Shown here: in pieces, positions 55,488-64,000 of the stretch
Layout: each line of letters opens with the position of its first letter
Position numbering within the stretch: the first letter of the stretch is position 1
Origin: an uncultured Candidatus Saccharibacteria bacterium
Lineage (GTDB): Bacteria; Patescibacteriota; Minisyncoccia; UBA6257; 2-01-FULL-56-20
DNA: 64,000 nucleotides
NCBI GenBank assembly: GCA_965231155.1
Contig: OZ246418.1
Coordinates: 573,710-637,709, forward strand
Direction: 5' to 3'
Program-made: the position numbers and the translations under genes
Notes under the pieces: generated by a model
Seen by the model: the letters and a program-made list of their open reading frames with translations, nothing else
The model's database searches: none
Told to the model about the DNA's origin: nothing

Positions 55488-58067
55488 ATGTTTAACTTTT
55501 TAAAGAATTTTTTCCCCGATCGTTCTCTTGATGGGTTTAAGTTGGAGGTTGAAGAAATTAATGCCTTGGAAGCCGAGGTGCTTAATCTATCTAGCGCCGA
55601 ATTAAAGTCTAAGAGCGACGAATTGCGTATAAAGCTGAGAGAAGAAGGAGAAACTCCTACTTCTCGTCATCTGGCTTTTGCGTTGGTTCGGGAAGCAGCG
55701 AAAAGGACTCTCGGGCAAAGACCGTTTGATGTCCAGCTTTTGGGTGGTCTAGTTTTACACAAGGGAGCAGTGGCGGAGATGTCAACTGGAGAAGGGAAGA
55801 CGCTCTCGGCGGTGGCACCGGCTTACTTCAATGCACTTTTTGGACAAGGTGTTCATGTGGTTACTGTGAATGATTACTTGGCTCGTCGTGATGTGGCTTG
55901 GATGGGACAGGTTTATCATGCGCTAGGGCTGACTGTTTCCTGTATCGTTCCCGGTGCGGCATATATGTATGATCCAGAGTGGAAGATTCCGGAAGGTACG
56001 GGGACGATGATTGATCAGGCGAGAGATACGACGGGGAGTTTTTTGGTTCAGCAAGATTTCTTACGTCCAATTTCTCGGCGTGAGGCGTATTTGGCAGATA
56101 TCACTTACGGTACTAATCACGAGTTTGGTTTTGATTATCTCCGTGACAATTTAGTACAGAGTGTCGCTGATCAAGCACAACGACCACACTACTATGTAAT
56201 CATCGACGAGGTCGATAGTATTTTAATAGATGAAGCCCGGACACCGCTTATTATTGCGGCGCCCGATGCGCAGTCGAGCGAGTATTATAAAACTTTTGCG
56301 CGAGTGGTTCGTTACCTAGTGAAGGATGAGGATTACACGGTTGATGAGAAACTTAAAAATGTACGTATTCTTGATAGTGGTATTGAGAAAGTGGAGAAAG
56401 CTTTAAGTATTAAGAATATTTATACTCCAGAGAATCTGCGTCTTGTTCATTATCTGGAAGAAAGTTTGAAGGCGCACGCTCTTTTCCGGAAGGATAAGGA
56501 GTATGTGGTAAAGAATGGAGAGATTCTGATCGTCGACGAGTTCACTGGTCGATTGCTGCATGGTCGTCGATATAATGGAGGGTTGCATCAAGCGATTGAG
56601 GCAAAGGAGGGAGTTTTTGTGAAAGAAGAATCTCGGACATATGCCAAAATTTCCATCCAAAATTACTTCCGTCTCTACAATAAAATTGGTGGTATGACTG
56701 GTACAGCTCAGACTTCGGCCGAGGAGTTCCATAAGGTATACGAACTTGAGGTGGTGAGTATTCCCACGAATCGTCCATTGGCCAGAGAGGATATGTCTGA
56801 TGCCATATATAAGAATTCAGAAATAAAATGGAATGCTGTGGTGAATAAGGTGGAAGAACTTTATCAGAAAGGCCAACCGGTTCTTTTGGGTACGACTTCG
56901 ATTGAGAAAAACGAACTTCTTTCACGGTTGCTGAATCGGGCTGGGGTGCCCCACGAGGTTCTGAATGCCAAGAATAATGAACGCGAGGGTTCGATTGTGG
57001 CTCAGGCAGGTAGGTATAAAGCAGTTACGGTAGCGACGAATATGGCTGGTCGTGGCGTCGACGTTATTCTGGGTGGCAACCCACCGGATCCAGAGATGGC
57101 GAAAAAAGTTCGTGAGCTTGGTGGTTTGTTTGTGATTGGCACGGAACGACATGAGGCACGACGTATTGATAATCAGCTTCGGGGACGATCGGGTCGTCAG
57201 GGTGATCCTGGAGCATCTCAATTCTTCCTTTCATTAGATGATGATCTGATGAGAATTTTTGGTGGCGAACGGGTGCAGAGTTTGATGAGTCGATTTAATT
57301 TACCGGACGATTTACCTATCGATTTGCCAATGGTTTCTCGGGTAGTGAGTGAGGCTCAAGCGAAAGTGGAGGGTTCTTATTTCGATATGAGAAAGCATTT
57401 GCTTGAGTACGATGATGTCTTGAATAAACAGCGTATCGCGGTCTATAAACGTCGTAGTGAGATTTTAACTAGCTTCGAGAAGCAGGTTTTGACTGAGAAG
57501 GTTGAGGAGGCAGTGCTAGGTCAACTTGAAAAGTTTGCGAGTCAACTGGAGATAGTGGAAAATCCTCCAGAGTTTTGGGAGGAGCTCAAAACTATCTGTA
57601 TAACTGCAAAGATTATTCCTTCGGATTTTGTGTGGCCAGAGCAGGGAGATCTTGATCCAGTCCGGGAGGAGATTAAAAAGAAGGCCGAGGCAGTTGCTTC
57701 GAATCCACAAACGATTAATCAGCTTTTGGGAACTTTGGATATGCTATGGCTGAATCATCTAGAAAATAATGATGCCTTGAGTGAGTCGATTGGTCTTCGA
57801 GCATATGGTCAGCGGGATCCTTTGGTGGAGTATCGTAGGGAGAGCCATCGTTTGTTCACTGAGTTTTGGGATATGTTTAATGCTTGGGTATTTGAGAATA
57901 TTTTCCGTTTAGCGAATGATGGTGTGCAAGCAGGGAGTGCCTCTCCGATGATTCATATTCCTGCACCGAAAGAATCTTTGAAAAACGCTGATGGAGAAAA
58001 AGTAGGCCGGAATGACCCTTGTCCCTGTGGAAGCGGGAAGAAGTATAAGCACTGTCATGGGAAGTAG
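55488..58067 (+). CDS. secA: Preprotein translocase ATPase SecA
   Basis: Walker A GEGKTL and the DEAD-like DEVDSILIDEARTPLII. The C-terminal zinc-binding tail is CPCGSGKKYKHCHGK; 859 aa. Confidence 0.95.
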   Translation: MFNFLKNFFPDRSLDGFKLEVEEINALEAEVLNLSSAELKSKSDELRIKLREEGETPTSRHLAFALVREAAKRTLGQRPFDVQLLGGLVLHKGAVAEMSTGEGKTLSAVAPAYFNALFGQGVHVVTVNDYLARRDVAWMGQVYHALGLTVSCIVPGAAYMYDPEWKIPEGTGTMIDQARDTTGSFLVQQDFLRPISRREAYLADITYGTNHEFGFDYLRDNLVQSVADQAQRPHYYVIIDEVDSILIDEARTPLIIAAPDAQSSEYYKTFARVVRYLVKDEDYTVDEKLKNVRILDSGIEKVEKALSIKNIYTPENLRLVHYLEESLKAHALFRKDKEYVVKNGEILIVDEFTGRLLHGRRYNGGLHQAIEAKEGVFVKEESRTYAKISIQNYFRLYNKIGGMTGTAQTSAEEFHKVYELEVVSIPTNRPLAREDMSDAIYKNSEIKWNAVVNKVEELYQKGQPVLLGTTSIEKNELLSRLLNRAGVPHEVLNAKNNEREGSIVAQAGRYKAVTVATNMAGRGVDVILGGNPPDPEMAKKVRELGGLFVIGTERHEARRIDNQLRGRSGRQGDPGASQFFLSLDDDLMRIFGGERVQSLMSRFNLPDDLPIDLPMVSRVVSEAQAKVEGSYFDMRKHLLEYDDVLNKQRIAVYKRRSEILTSFEKQVLTEKVEEAVLGQLEKFASQLEIVENPPEFWEELKTICITAKIIPSDFVWPEQGDLDPVREEIKKKAEAVASNPQTINQLLGTLDMLWLNHLENNDALSESIGLRAYGQRDPLVEYRRESHRLFTEFWDMFNAWVFENIFRLANDGVQAGSASPMIHIPAPKESLKNADGEKVGRNDPCPCGSGKKYKHCHGK

Positions 58068-58335
58068 ATCGAAAATTATAAAGAAGAAAACGTGGTTGGG
58101 TTATTTTGATGATGTTCTCTCGGGGAAAAAGAACTATGATTTGCGTCTCAACGATTTTGAGATAAATGAAGGGGATACTTTAGTTCTTGAGGAGTGGGAT
58201 CAGAATAACCAGACCTATACAGGGAGGAGTGTTGAGAAAAAAGTGGCGTATGTCGGAAAGTTTGACCTAGATAAACTTTTTTGGTCCAAGAAGGAGATTG
58301 AAGAAAAGGGTATTCAGATTATCTCTTTGGAATGA
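58057..58335 (+). CDS. ASCH/DUF3850-like small protein (PUA-like fold)
   Basis: Start is taken at the ATG 11 nt before the secA stop, in a different frame. KKNYDLRLNDFEINEGDTLVLEEW resembles DUF3850/ASCH beta-barrel motifs; ~92 aa. Confidence 0.45.
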   Translation: MGSRSKIIKKKTWLGYFDDVLSGKKNYDLRLNDFEINEGDTLVLEEWDQNNQTYTGRSVEKKVAYVGKFDLDKLFWSKKEIEEKGIQIISLE

Positions 58336-58339
58336 CGAG

Positions 58340-58807
58340 ATGAAGGAAAGCAAATTCAAGCCAAAAGTGGGACAGATTGATTATACGCATGCACGTTGGG
58401 CGCCTGTGGTAAATTGTGTTCTGCATTACAAGGGGAAGGTTCTTTTGGTTCAGCGCAGTACCGAATTGAATTTTTATCCTGGTTACTGGAGTGGGGTTTC
58501 TGGATTCCTTGATGACAAGAGAAGTTTGAGCCAGAAAATAGCAGATGAAATTAAGGAGGAGGTTGGAATCTCTAGGAATAAGATTGGGCAGATTCAGTTG
58601 GGTCGAATATTCGATCAAGAGGAGTTCAAGTACAAGAAAACTTGGATAATGCATCCTGCCCTAGTTGAGGTCAAAAGTGATAAGATTAAACTTAATTGGG
58701 AGGCAGAAGATTATGCGTGGTTGACTCCGAAGGAAGCAAAAAAGTTTAAGTTATTACCTGGATTCGAGGAGGTTTTGAAGAGTTTAGTTTCTTTAATGTC
58801 GAGATAA
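58340..58807 (+). CDS. NUDIX hydrolase
   Basis: Start is at the ATG immediately after the previous stop. The degenerate Nudix box is SGFLDDKRSLSQKIADEIKEEVGI. Confidence 0.65.
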   Translation: MKESKFKPKVGQIDYTHARWAPVVNCVLHYKGKVLLVQRSTELNFYPGYWSGVSGFLDDKRSLSQKIADEIKEEVGISRNKIGQIQLGRIFDQEEFKYKKTWIMHPALVEVKSDKIKLNWEAEDYAWLTPKEAKKFKLLPGFEEVLKSLVSLMSR

Positions 58808-58817
58808 AATATCTTTT

Positions 58818-59243
58818 ATGGAAAATCAAATCATACTGCAAGTTGGAGTGAAGGCATTACTGAAAAACAAGGAAGGAAAGTATTTATTGTTACGACGCTC
58901 ACTCGAGAAATATCCGGATATTCAGGGGCGGTGGGATATTGTTGGTGGGCGAATCGACCCGGGAACGACGCTTTTGGCAAACCTTCAGAGGGAGGTTAGT
59001 GAAGAGACGGGTTTACGTTTGGTCGGTGAACCTCAGTTAGTTGCTGCTCAGGATATTATGAGAAGTCCGGGCAAGCACGTGGTTCGTTTGACTTATATTG
59101 GCGAAGTAGAGGGGGATCTTGTGCTTGATGTGACCGAGAATGATAAAAGTGAGTGGTACAGTTGGGAAGATATTGTGAAAGTTGAAGATCTGGATGTGTA
59201 TTTCAAGGAGATCCTTGGTTTGATTGGCGGCCATCTAAGGTGA
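58818..59243 (+). CDS. NUDIX hydrolase
   Basis: Canonical Nudix box GGRIDPGTTLLANLQREVSEETGL (G-x5-E-x7-REVxEETG). Confidence 0.8.
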   Translation: MENQIILQVGVKALLKNKEGKYLLLRRSLEKYPDIQGRWDIVGGRIDPGTTLLANLQREVSEETGLRLVGEPQLVAAQDIMRSPGKHVVRLTYIGEVEGDLVLDVTENDKSEWYSWEDIVKVEDLDVYFKEILGLIGGHLR

Positions 59244-59249
59244 TCTTTT

Positions 59250-59954
59250 ATGCTGTTCTCTTTCTCTGTATTGAGTAGCCGCGAAGAGATAAGGTGTGGT
59301 TTTTCGAACCGTCGAGATGGTTCGATGCATCGGCACTTGGAAAAGGAGAATCGAGAAATTTATTTCAAGAAAATAGGAATCGATCCTAATCGAGTTGTTA
59401 CGCCAGATTTGGTTCATAAGACAAAGGTTGTGGTTGTTACAAGCGAAGAGGCTGGCCAAATTATCTCCGATACTGATGGTTTGATTACCGAGGAGAAGAA
59501 TTTATTTCTGACCGCAACCGCTGCCGATTGTTTTATTATTTATTTTTACGATCCCGTGCGACGAGTGGTTGGTATTGCTCATGCAGGTTGGCGAGGAATA
59601 ATGGCCGATATATCTAGGGAGATGATTTCGAAGATGAGCGAGCGTTTTGAGGTGAATCCTGGGGATTTATTAGTTGGTATTAGTCCGGGGATTCAGAAAT
59701 GTCATTTTGGGATTAGCGCAATGGATAAAGAGAAGTATTCTATCTATCCGAGGTTTATTTTTGAGAGAAATGGTAAGGTTTTTGTCGATTTAACGGCTAT
59801 TCTTAAGGATCAATTACAGTCTTTAGGTGTAGCGGAATCTCAGATAGAAGATTCTGGTATCTGCACGTATTGTGAGGAACGGGATTATTTTTCTTATCGT
59901 CGAGACAAGCCGAAAGAGGTTCAACCGATGGTTGGATATATTGGCTTGGTCTAA
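59250..59954 (+). CDS. pgeF: YfiH/PgeF-family protein (DUF152, purine nucleoside phosphorylase / peptidoglycan editing factor)
   Basis: GIAHAGWRGIMADISREMISKM and the C-terminal CTYCEERDYFSYRRD Cys/His metal site. Confidence 0.8.
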   Translation: MLFSFSVLSSREEIRCGFSNRRDGSMHRHLEKENREIYFKKIGIDPNRVVTPDLVHKTKVVVVTSEEAGQIISDTDGLITEEKNLFLTATAADCFIIYFYDPVRRVVGIAHAGWRGIMADISREMISKMSERFEVNPGDLLVGISPGIQKCHFGISAMDKEKYSIYPRFIFERNGKVFVDLTAILKDQLQSLGVAESQIEDSGICTYCEERDYFSYRRDKPKEVQPMVGYIGLV

Positions 59955-60029
59955 TCTTCAGATTGGGATTTGCCGAAATGAATGGCCTTAGGGTAGACTG
60001 AGTTGTCGAGCTTTTAGATCTTTATCATA

Positions 60030-60740
60030 ATGGTCCAGATGAATAGAAACTCATTCATTGTAGGTTTTGTTGTCCTTGTGATTGTGGTGGGTGGAATTTC
60101 TCTTTTATCCTATAAGGGTGAATCGGGGAAAGGAATGATGGGTGATGACGAAGGAGTCGGAGGAAGGATCGATAACTACTCAACAGAATCATCAACAGTA
60201 GCGACGGGGGTCGTACCGACTCAGAAAACAGATACCACGGTAACGTCAACTATAAAAAATAAAATGAACTATATTACGTTAAACACCAGTTTAGGAGCGA
60301 TTAAGTTTCAGACCTATGACGCTGATGCGCCAAAAACTGTTCAGAATTTTATCACGCTGGCGAATAAAGGTTTCTATAATGGCGTTATTTTCCACCGGGT
60401 TATTAAAGATTTCATGATTCAGGGTGGTGATCCAACAGGTACGGGTATGGGCGGGCCTGGGTATCAGTTTGAGGATGAGCTAAATCCTGCGACCCCTTCC
60501 TATAAGGAAGGTTATAAGAAAGGTGTGGTAGCTATGGCTAATGCCGGACCAAATACAAATGGGAGTCAGTTCTTTATTATGCTTGCTGATACACCGCTCC
60601 CCAATGCCTATACCATTTTCGGGAAAGTGGTGGCTGGTCAGGAGGTGGTAGACAAGATTGGTGATGTGCAGACCGGACCCCAGGATCGTCCAGTTACTCC
60701 AGTAACTATCAATTCGGTAGTTGTTGAGGAGGTTAAGTAA
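60030..60740 (+). CDS. Membrane-anchored cyclophilin-type peptidyl-prolyl isomerase
   Basis: N-terminal TM helix, then FHRVIKDFMIQGGDP...GYQFEDE and FFIMLAD. Confidence 0.9.
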   Translation: MVQMNRNSFIVGFVVLVIVVGGISLLSYKGESGKGMMGDDEGVGGRIDNYSTESSTVATGVVPTQKTDTTVTSTIKNKMNYITLNTSLGAIKFQTYDADAPKTVQNFITLANKGFYNGVIFHRVIKDFMIQGGDPTGTGMGGPGYQFEDELNPATPSYKEGYKKGVVAMANAGPNTNGSQFFIMLADTPLPNAYTIFGKVVAGQEVVDKIGDVQTGPQDRPVTPVTINSVVVEEVK

Positions 60741-60748
60741 GGCAGTAA

Positions 60749-61663
60749 ATGAAGGCACTCTCAGTTTCTAATCTCATTAAAACCTACCCGACGGGCGCGC
60801 AAGCCCTTAAGGGAATTAGCCTCGAAATTGAGGAGGGTGATTTTTTTGCGCTCTTAGGACCGAACGGTGCGGGAAAAACAACGCTGATTGGTATTACTGC
60901 TGGGTTAACAAATAAAACAAGTGGTACGGTTCGAGTTTTTGGCAGAGATATTGATCAGTCTGGTGATGAGGCGAAGTCATTCATTGGTCTAGTACCTCAG
61001 GAGATGAATTTTAGTATTTTCGAGAAACCAATTGATATTGTGGTCAATCAGGCTGGATATTATGGGATTCCTAGGACTGTGGCTACAAAAGATGCCGAGA
61101 GGTATCTGAAACAGCTTGGTCTTTGGGAGAAACGAAATGACCCTTCGCGGACTTTGTCTGGAGGAATGAAGCGGCGGTTAATGATTGCTCGGGCCTTAAT
61201 CCATCATCCCAGACTTTTGATTCTTGATGAACCAACTGCGGGTGTGGATATTGAACTGCGCCGTGGTATGTGGGATTTTCTGCAGGAGCTCACTAAGGAG
61301 AAGGGGATCACAATTATTCTTACTACTCATTATCTCGAGGAGGCGGAACAGTTGTGTAAGAATGTAGCGATTATCAACAAAGGGCAAATTGTTGAACAGG
61401 GGAGTATGGTTGAGGTGTTGGGTCGGTTAGATAAGGAGACTTTTATTTTCTATCTCAAAAATTCTTTGGAGCAATCCGCGCTGGAGTCATTACAGAAATA
61501 CCATCCTAAGTTAGTTGATGAAAAAACTTTAGAGGCGAGTTTGCAGACTGGTCAGATTCTGAGTGATCTCATGAGGGAGTTGGGAAATCATCAGATTGAG
61601 GTGGTAAGTATGCGGAACAAGTCGAACCGCCTTGAAGAGGTTTTTATGAATTTTACTTCCTAA
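60749..61663 (+). CDS. ABC transporter ATP-binding protein (ABC-2 exporter type)
   Basis: Walker A GPNGAGKTT, signature LSGGMKRRL and Walker B ILDEPTAGVD. Confidence 0.9.
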   Translation: MKALSVSNLIKTYPTGAQALKGISLEIEEGDFFALLGPNGAGKTTLIGITAGLTNKTSGTVRVFGRDIDQSGDEAKSFIGLVPQEMNFSIFEKPIDIVVNQAGYYGIPRTVATKDAERYLKQLGLWEKRNDPSRTLSGGMKRRLMIARALIHHPRLLILDEPTAGVDIELRRGMWDFLQELTKEKGITIILTTHYLEEAEQLCKNVAIINKGQIVEQGSMVEVLGRLDKETFIFYLKNSLEQSALESLQKYHPKLVDEKTLEASLQTGQILSDLMRELGNHQIEVVSMRNKSNRLEEVFMNFTS

Positions 61664-61664
61664 T

Positions 61665-62438
61665 ATGAGCTGGAAAAGAATTCTGATCTCGTATCTCACC
61701 ATTGTGCGGAAGGAAACCACTCGTTTCTTTCGAATCTGGACACAGACGATGTTGCCATCAGTCGTTACTTCCGTTTTGTATTTCTTAATTTTCGGGGCAT
61801 TTATTGGTTCTCAGGTTCAGCCGATTAGCGGACTGTCTTATATGCAGTTCATCATTCCTGGCTTAGTGATGATGGCGGTGATTACCAACTCATTTTCTAA
61901 TGTGGTTGGTTCTTTCTTTGGTTCGAAGTTTATGAAAAACATTGAGGAGCTGATGGTATCGCCAACGCCAACGTGGGTGGTGATTGCTGGTTTCACAACT
62001 GGTGGTGTACTTCGTGGAGTAGTGGTGGGTGGGTTGGTTCTCGGCGTCTCTCTTTTTTTCACGAGTCTTTCGATTTTACATCTGGGTCTGGTAGTCTTAT
62101 TTATGATTCTGACCGCTTTGCTTTTCTCTTTAGCCGGATTATTTAACGCGCTTTTTGCCAGAAATTTTGACGAGATTTCGATTATTCCGGTTTTCGTGCT
62201 TACTCCATTAACCTATCTTGGAGGAGTGTTTTATTCGGTCAACGCCTTGCCTGAGTTCTGGCGGATGATTTCGCATCTGAATCCGATTCTCTATATGGTC
62301 AATGGGTTCCGGTATGGCTTCTTTGGGATCTCTGATGTGAATGTGGTGACTAGCTTGATTATCCTAGTGATCATGAATGCGATTCTCCTTTCTATCGATT
62401 GGTATTTGATTCATAAGGGGACCGGGCTAAAGAGTTAG
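61665..62438 (+). CDS. ABC-2 family transporter permease
   Basis: 257 aa with six predicted TM helices. It starts one nt after the ATPase stop. Confidence 0.7.
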   Translation: MSWKRILISYLTIVRKETTRFFRIWTQTMLPSVVTSVLYFLIFGAFIGSQVQPISGLSYMQFIIPGLVMMAVITNSFSNVVGSFFGSKFMKNIEELMVSPTPTWVVIAGFTTGGVLRGVVVGGLVLGVSLFFTSLSILHLGLVVLFMILTALLFSLAGLFNALFARNFDEISIIPVFVLTPLTYLGGVFYSVNALPEFWRMISHLNPILYMVNGFRYGFFGISDVNVVTSLIILVIMNAILLSIDWYLIHKGTGLKS

Positions 62439-62609
62439 ATAGAGAAAACTTATACTATTGGTAGCTATTGCTTTTTTTAGTGGATATGGTATAGTACCAA
62501 ATGTAAGTGTTTTCTCGAGGCGTTTCGTTCCCCGTGCTTCATTATGTAAGCCGATGGAATAGGTAGCCGTAAAGAGAAGGAGGTCGCCTTACATAACGAC
62601 GTACGAACA

Positions 62610-62900
62610 ATGGCAAAAAGATTATATGTGGGTGGACTGCCTTATTCTACCAATGATGCAGAGCTTAAGGACGCATTTATGCGCGCCGGAAGCGTTGAAT
62701 CAGCAACGGTAATCATGGATAAGATGACAGGTCGCTCAAAGGGTTTTGGTTTCGTGGAAATGTCTAACGACGAGGAAGCTGATAAGGCCATCGAGATGTG
62801 GAATGGCCAGGAGCTTGGTGGTCGCAGACTGACTGTGAACGAAGCCCGTCCAATGGAGGCTCGCGCCCCAAGGACAGGTGGTTACGGAATGCGAAACTAG
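62610..62900 (+). CDS. RRM-type RNA-binding protein
   Basis: RNP-2 LYVGGL and RNP-1 KGFGFVEM, with a Gly/Arg-rich tail; 96 aa. Confidence 0.85.
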   Translation: MAKRLYVGGLPYSTNDAELKDAFMRAGSVESATVIMDKMTGRSKGFGFVEMSNDEEADKAIEMWNGQELGGRRLTVNEARPMEARAPRTGGYGMRN

Positions 62901-62926
62901 TTTTCGTTTCTGTATCACTACAAAGA

Positions 62927-62958
62927 ACTCCGGATAATACCGGGGTTTTTTGTTTTAA
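62927..62958 (+). terminator. Terminator after the RRM gene
   Basis: Short stem ccgg-ataata-ccgg followed by GGTTTTTTGTTTT. Confidence 0.4.
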
Positions 62959-63043
62959 TACTGCTCTTGCGGAGAGTCTCATTTTCTGATATAGTTGGCT
63001 CGCAAAGTAGAGATAGTCACTGCTTTCGGGCAGATTTTTTATT

Positions 63044-64000
63044 ATGAAAAAAGTTAGAAACATTGCTATTATCGCGCACGTTGACCACGGAAAGACCACT
63101 TTGGTGGACGCTTTGTTGCGTCAGTCGAAGACGAAGATGAAGAAGGAAGTTTCTGGGGCTGACTTGATTATGGACTCGAACGAACTTGAAAAAGAGCGTG
63201 GCATTACAATTTTTTCCAAGAATGCGTCGGTTGATTGGCAGGGAACGAAGATCAACATTATCGATACGCCTGGTCACGCTGATTTCGGTGGCGAGGTAGA
63301 ACGTGTGCTCACGATGGCTGATGGTTGTTTGCTTTTGATTGATGCGAAAGAAGGTCCAATGCCGCAAACGCGTTTCGTGTTGCGTCGAGCCTTGGCCATG
63401 AAGCACAAGATCGTGGTGGTGGTGAATAAGATTGATAAACCAGACGCACGGATCGCACATGTCCTGGATAAGACCATCGATCTCTTTTTGGAGTTGGGTG
63501 GGGAGAACGTAGATATCGATTTTCCTGTTATTTATGCGTCGGCAAAACAGGGTTTGGCGGGGCTTGAGCCGGATCTTTCGAAGATGACGGATATTTCGCC
63601 AATTTTTGATATTGTGCTCAAAGAAATTCCTGAGCCAACTGGTGATCCGACGAAGCCAATGCAGATGCATATCACGACTATCTCTGGCGATGACTTCAAA
63701 GGAAGAATCGCGACTGGCCGTGTGGTGAACGGTGTGATGAAAGCTGGTGGTGAAGTCATGCACATTAACCGAGAGGGCAAGATGAAGAAGTGCCGTCTCG
63801 TCTCTTTGATGACGTTTGAGGGGTTGGAGAGGCTTGATGTCAAAGAAGTTTCGGCTGGGGACATCGCCGCTATTTCGGGAATTCCTGAGATTACGATTGG
63901 GGAAACTTTGGCGGATGTGAACTCACCAGTGGCGTTGCCATTATTGGATATTGAGGAGCCAACAGTGAAGATGACGTTTATGATTAACGACTCACCGTTC
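63044..64000 (+). CDS. typA: Translational GTPase TypA/BipA (N-terminal part; runs off the window end)
   Basis: G1 [13 protein letters not shown]3 [14 protein letters not shown] and G4 [17 protein letters not shown] and the absence of EF-G or LepA-specific inserts support TypA. There is no stop before 64000, so it is absent from the ORF track. Confidence 0.8.
   Translation, partial: MKKVRNIAIIAHVDHGKTTLVDALLRQSKTKMKKEVSGADLIMDSNELEKERGITIFSKNASVDWQGTKINIIDTPGHADFGGEVERVLTMADGCLLLIDAKEGPMPQTRFVLRRALAMKHKIVVVVNKIDKPDARIAHVLDKTIDLFLELGGENVDIDFPVIYASAKQGLAGLEPDLSKMTDISPIFDIVLKEIPEPTGDPTKPMQMHITTISGDDFKGRIATGRVVNGVMKAGGEVMHINREGKMKKCRLVSLMTFEGLERLDVKEVSAGDIAAISGIPEITIGETLADVNSPVALPLLDIEEPTVKMTFMINDSPF

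Noticed and set aside
55861-57221. Several minus-strand ORFs of 60-130 aa inside secA
   Set aside because: They are antisense to a continuous, motif-rich SecA frame.
63017-63763. Minus-strand 248-aa ORF
   Set aside because: It is antisense to the clearly conserved typA GTPase reading frame (G1, G3 and G4 motifs). Called a shadow ORF.
1-64000. CRISPR array, integrase, transposase or reverse transcriptase (DGR) search
   Set aside because: I found no run of three or more regularly spaced repeats, and no recombinase or RT motifs in any frame that I could recognise. The only short exact repeats are two-copy (the terminator hairpin and the tRNA-Glu 3' end). Any DGR idea for the lectin-like C-termini stays unsupported without a template repeat or RT.

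Overview
This window is dense, low-GC (roughly low-40s % by eye) bacterial chromosome, mostly housekeeping genes in short operons, with ten tRNAs. Gene content and organisation resemble the small genomes of the Candidate Phyla Radiation (Patescibacteria); that assignment is an inference. The supporting pattern is a split dcw cluster (mraZ-rsmH-ftsL-ftsI-murF in one place; ftsA-ftsZ, ftsQ-like and murB elsewhere), rplK followed directly by a terminator with no rplA, rplJ-rplL elsewhere, rpmG-tRNA-Trp detached from secE-nusG-rplK, a ThrRS lacking the N-terminal TGS domain, and several giant fibre-like surface proteins.

Recognisable genes include recG, an M50 site-2 protease, rluA-family, pth, lepB, hisS, HIT, rpsU, yqeY, ybeY, ftsA, ftsZ, rmuC, gyrB, secE, nusG, rplK, gatB, miaA, thrS, serS, dnaE, rpmG, rplJ, rplL, mraZ, rsmH, ftsL, ftsI, murF, tpiA, murB, hpf, secA, two NUDIX hydrolases, pgeF, a cyclophilin, an ABC-2 exporter pair, an RRM protein and partial typA. 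A complete type IV pilus locus lies at 8761-16525: major pilin, PilB, PilC, three pilin-like proteins, a Trp-rich repeat protein and a PilM/PilN fusion.

The accessory-looking parts are:
- a slightly GC-elevated islet at 31691-32770, wedged between thrS and serS, carrying a divergent gene pair (a divergent transglutaminase-like papain-fold protein and a small basic protein);
- a second transglutaminase-like gene directly after serS, heading an overlapping DegT aminotransferase - FemAB operon;
- an exact 18-nt duplication of the tRNA-Glu 3' end, 186 nt downstream of the tRNA, bracketing a structured non-coding segment;
- a 26-aa Lys/Ala-rich micro-ORF between two identical terminator hairpins, just upstream of hpf, sharing a KKAPAKK motif with an unusual N-terminal extension of HisRS;
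- a membrane micro-gene sandwiched between two tRNAs;
- several large secreted repeat proteins with phage-tail-fibre-like repeats and lectin-like C-termini.

I found no CRISPR array, reverse transcriptase, integrase or transposase.
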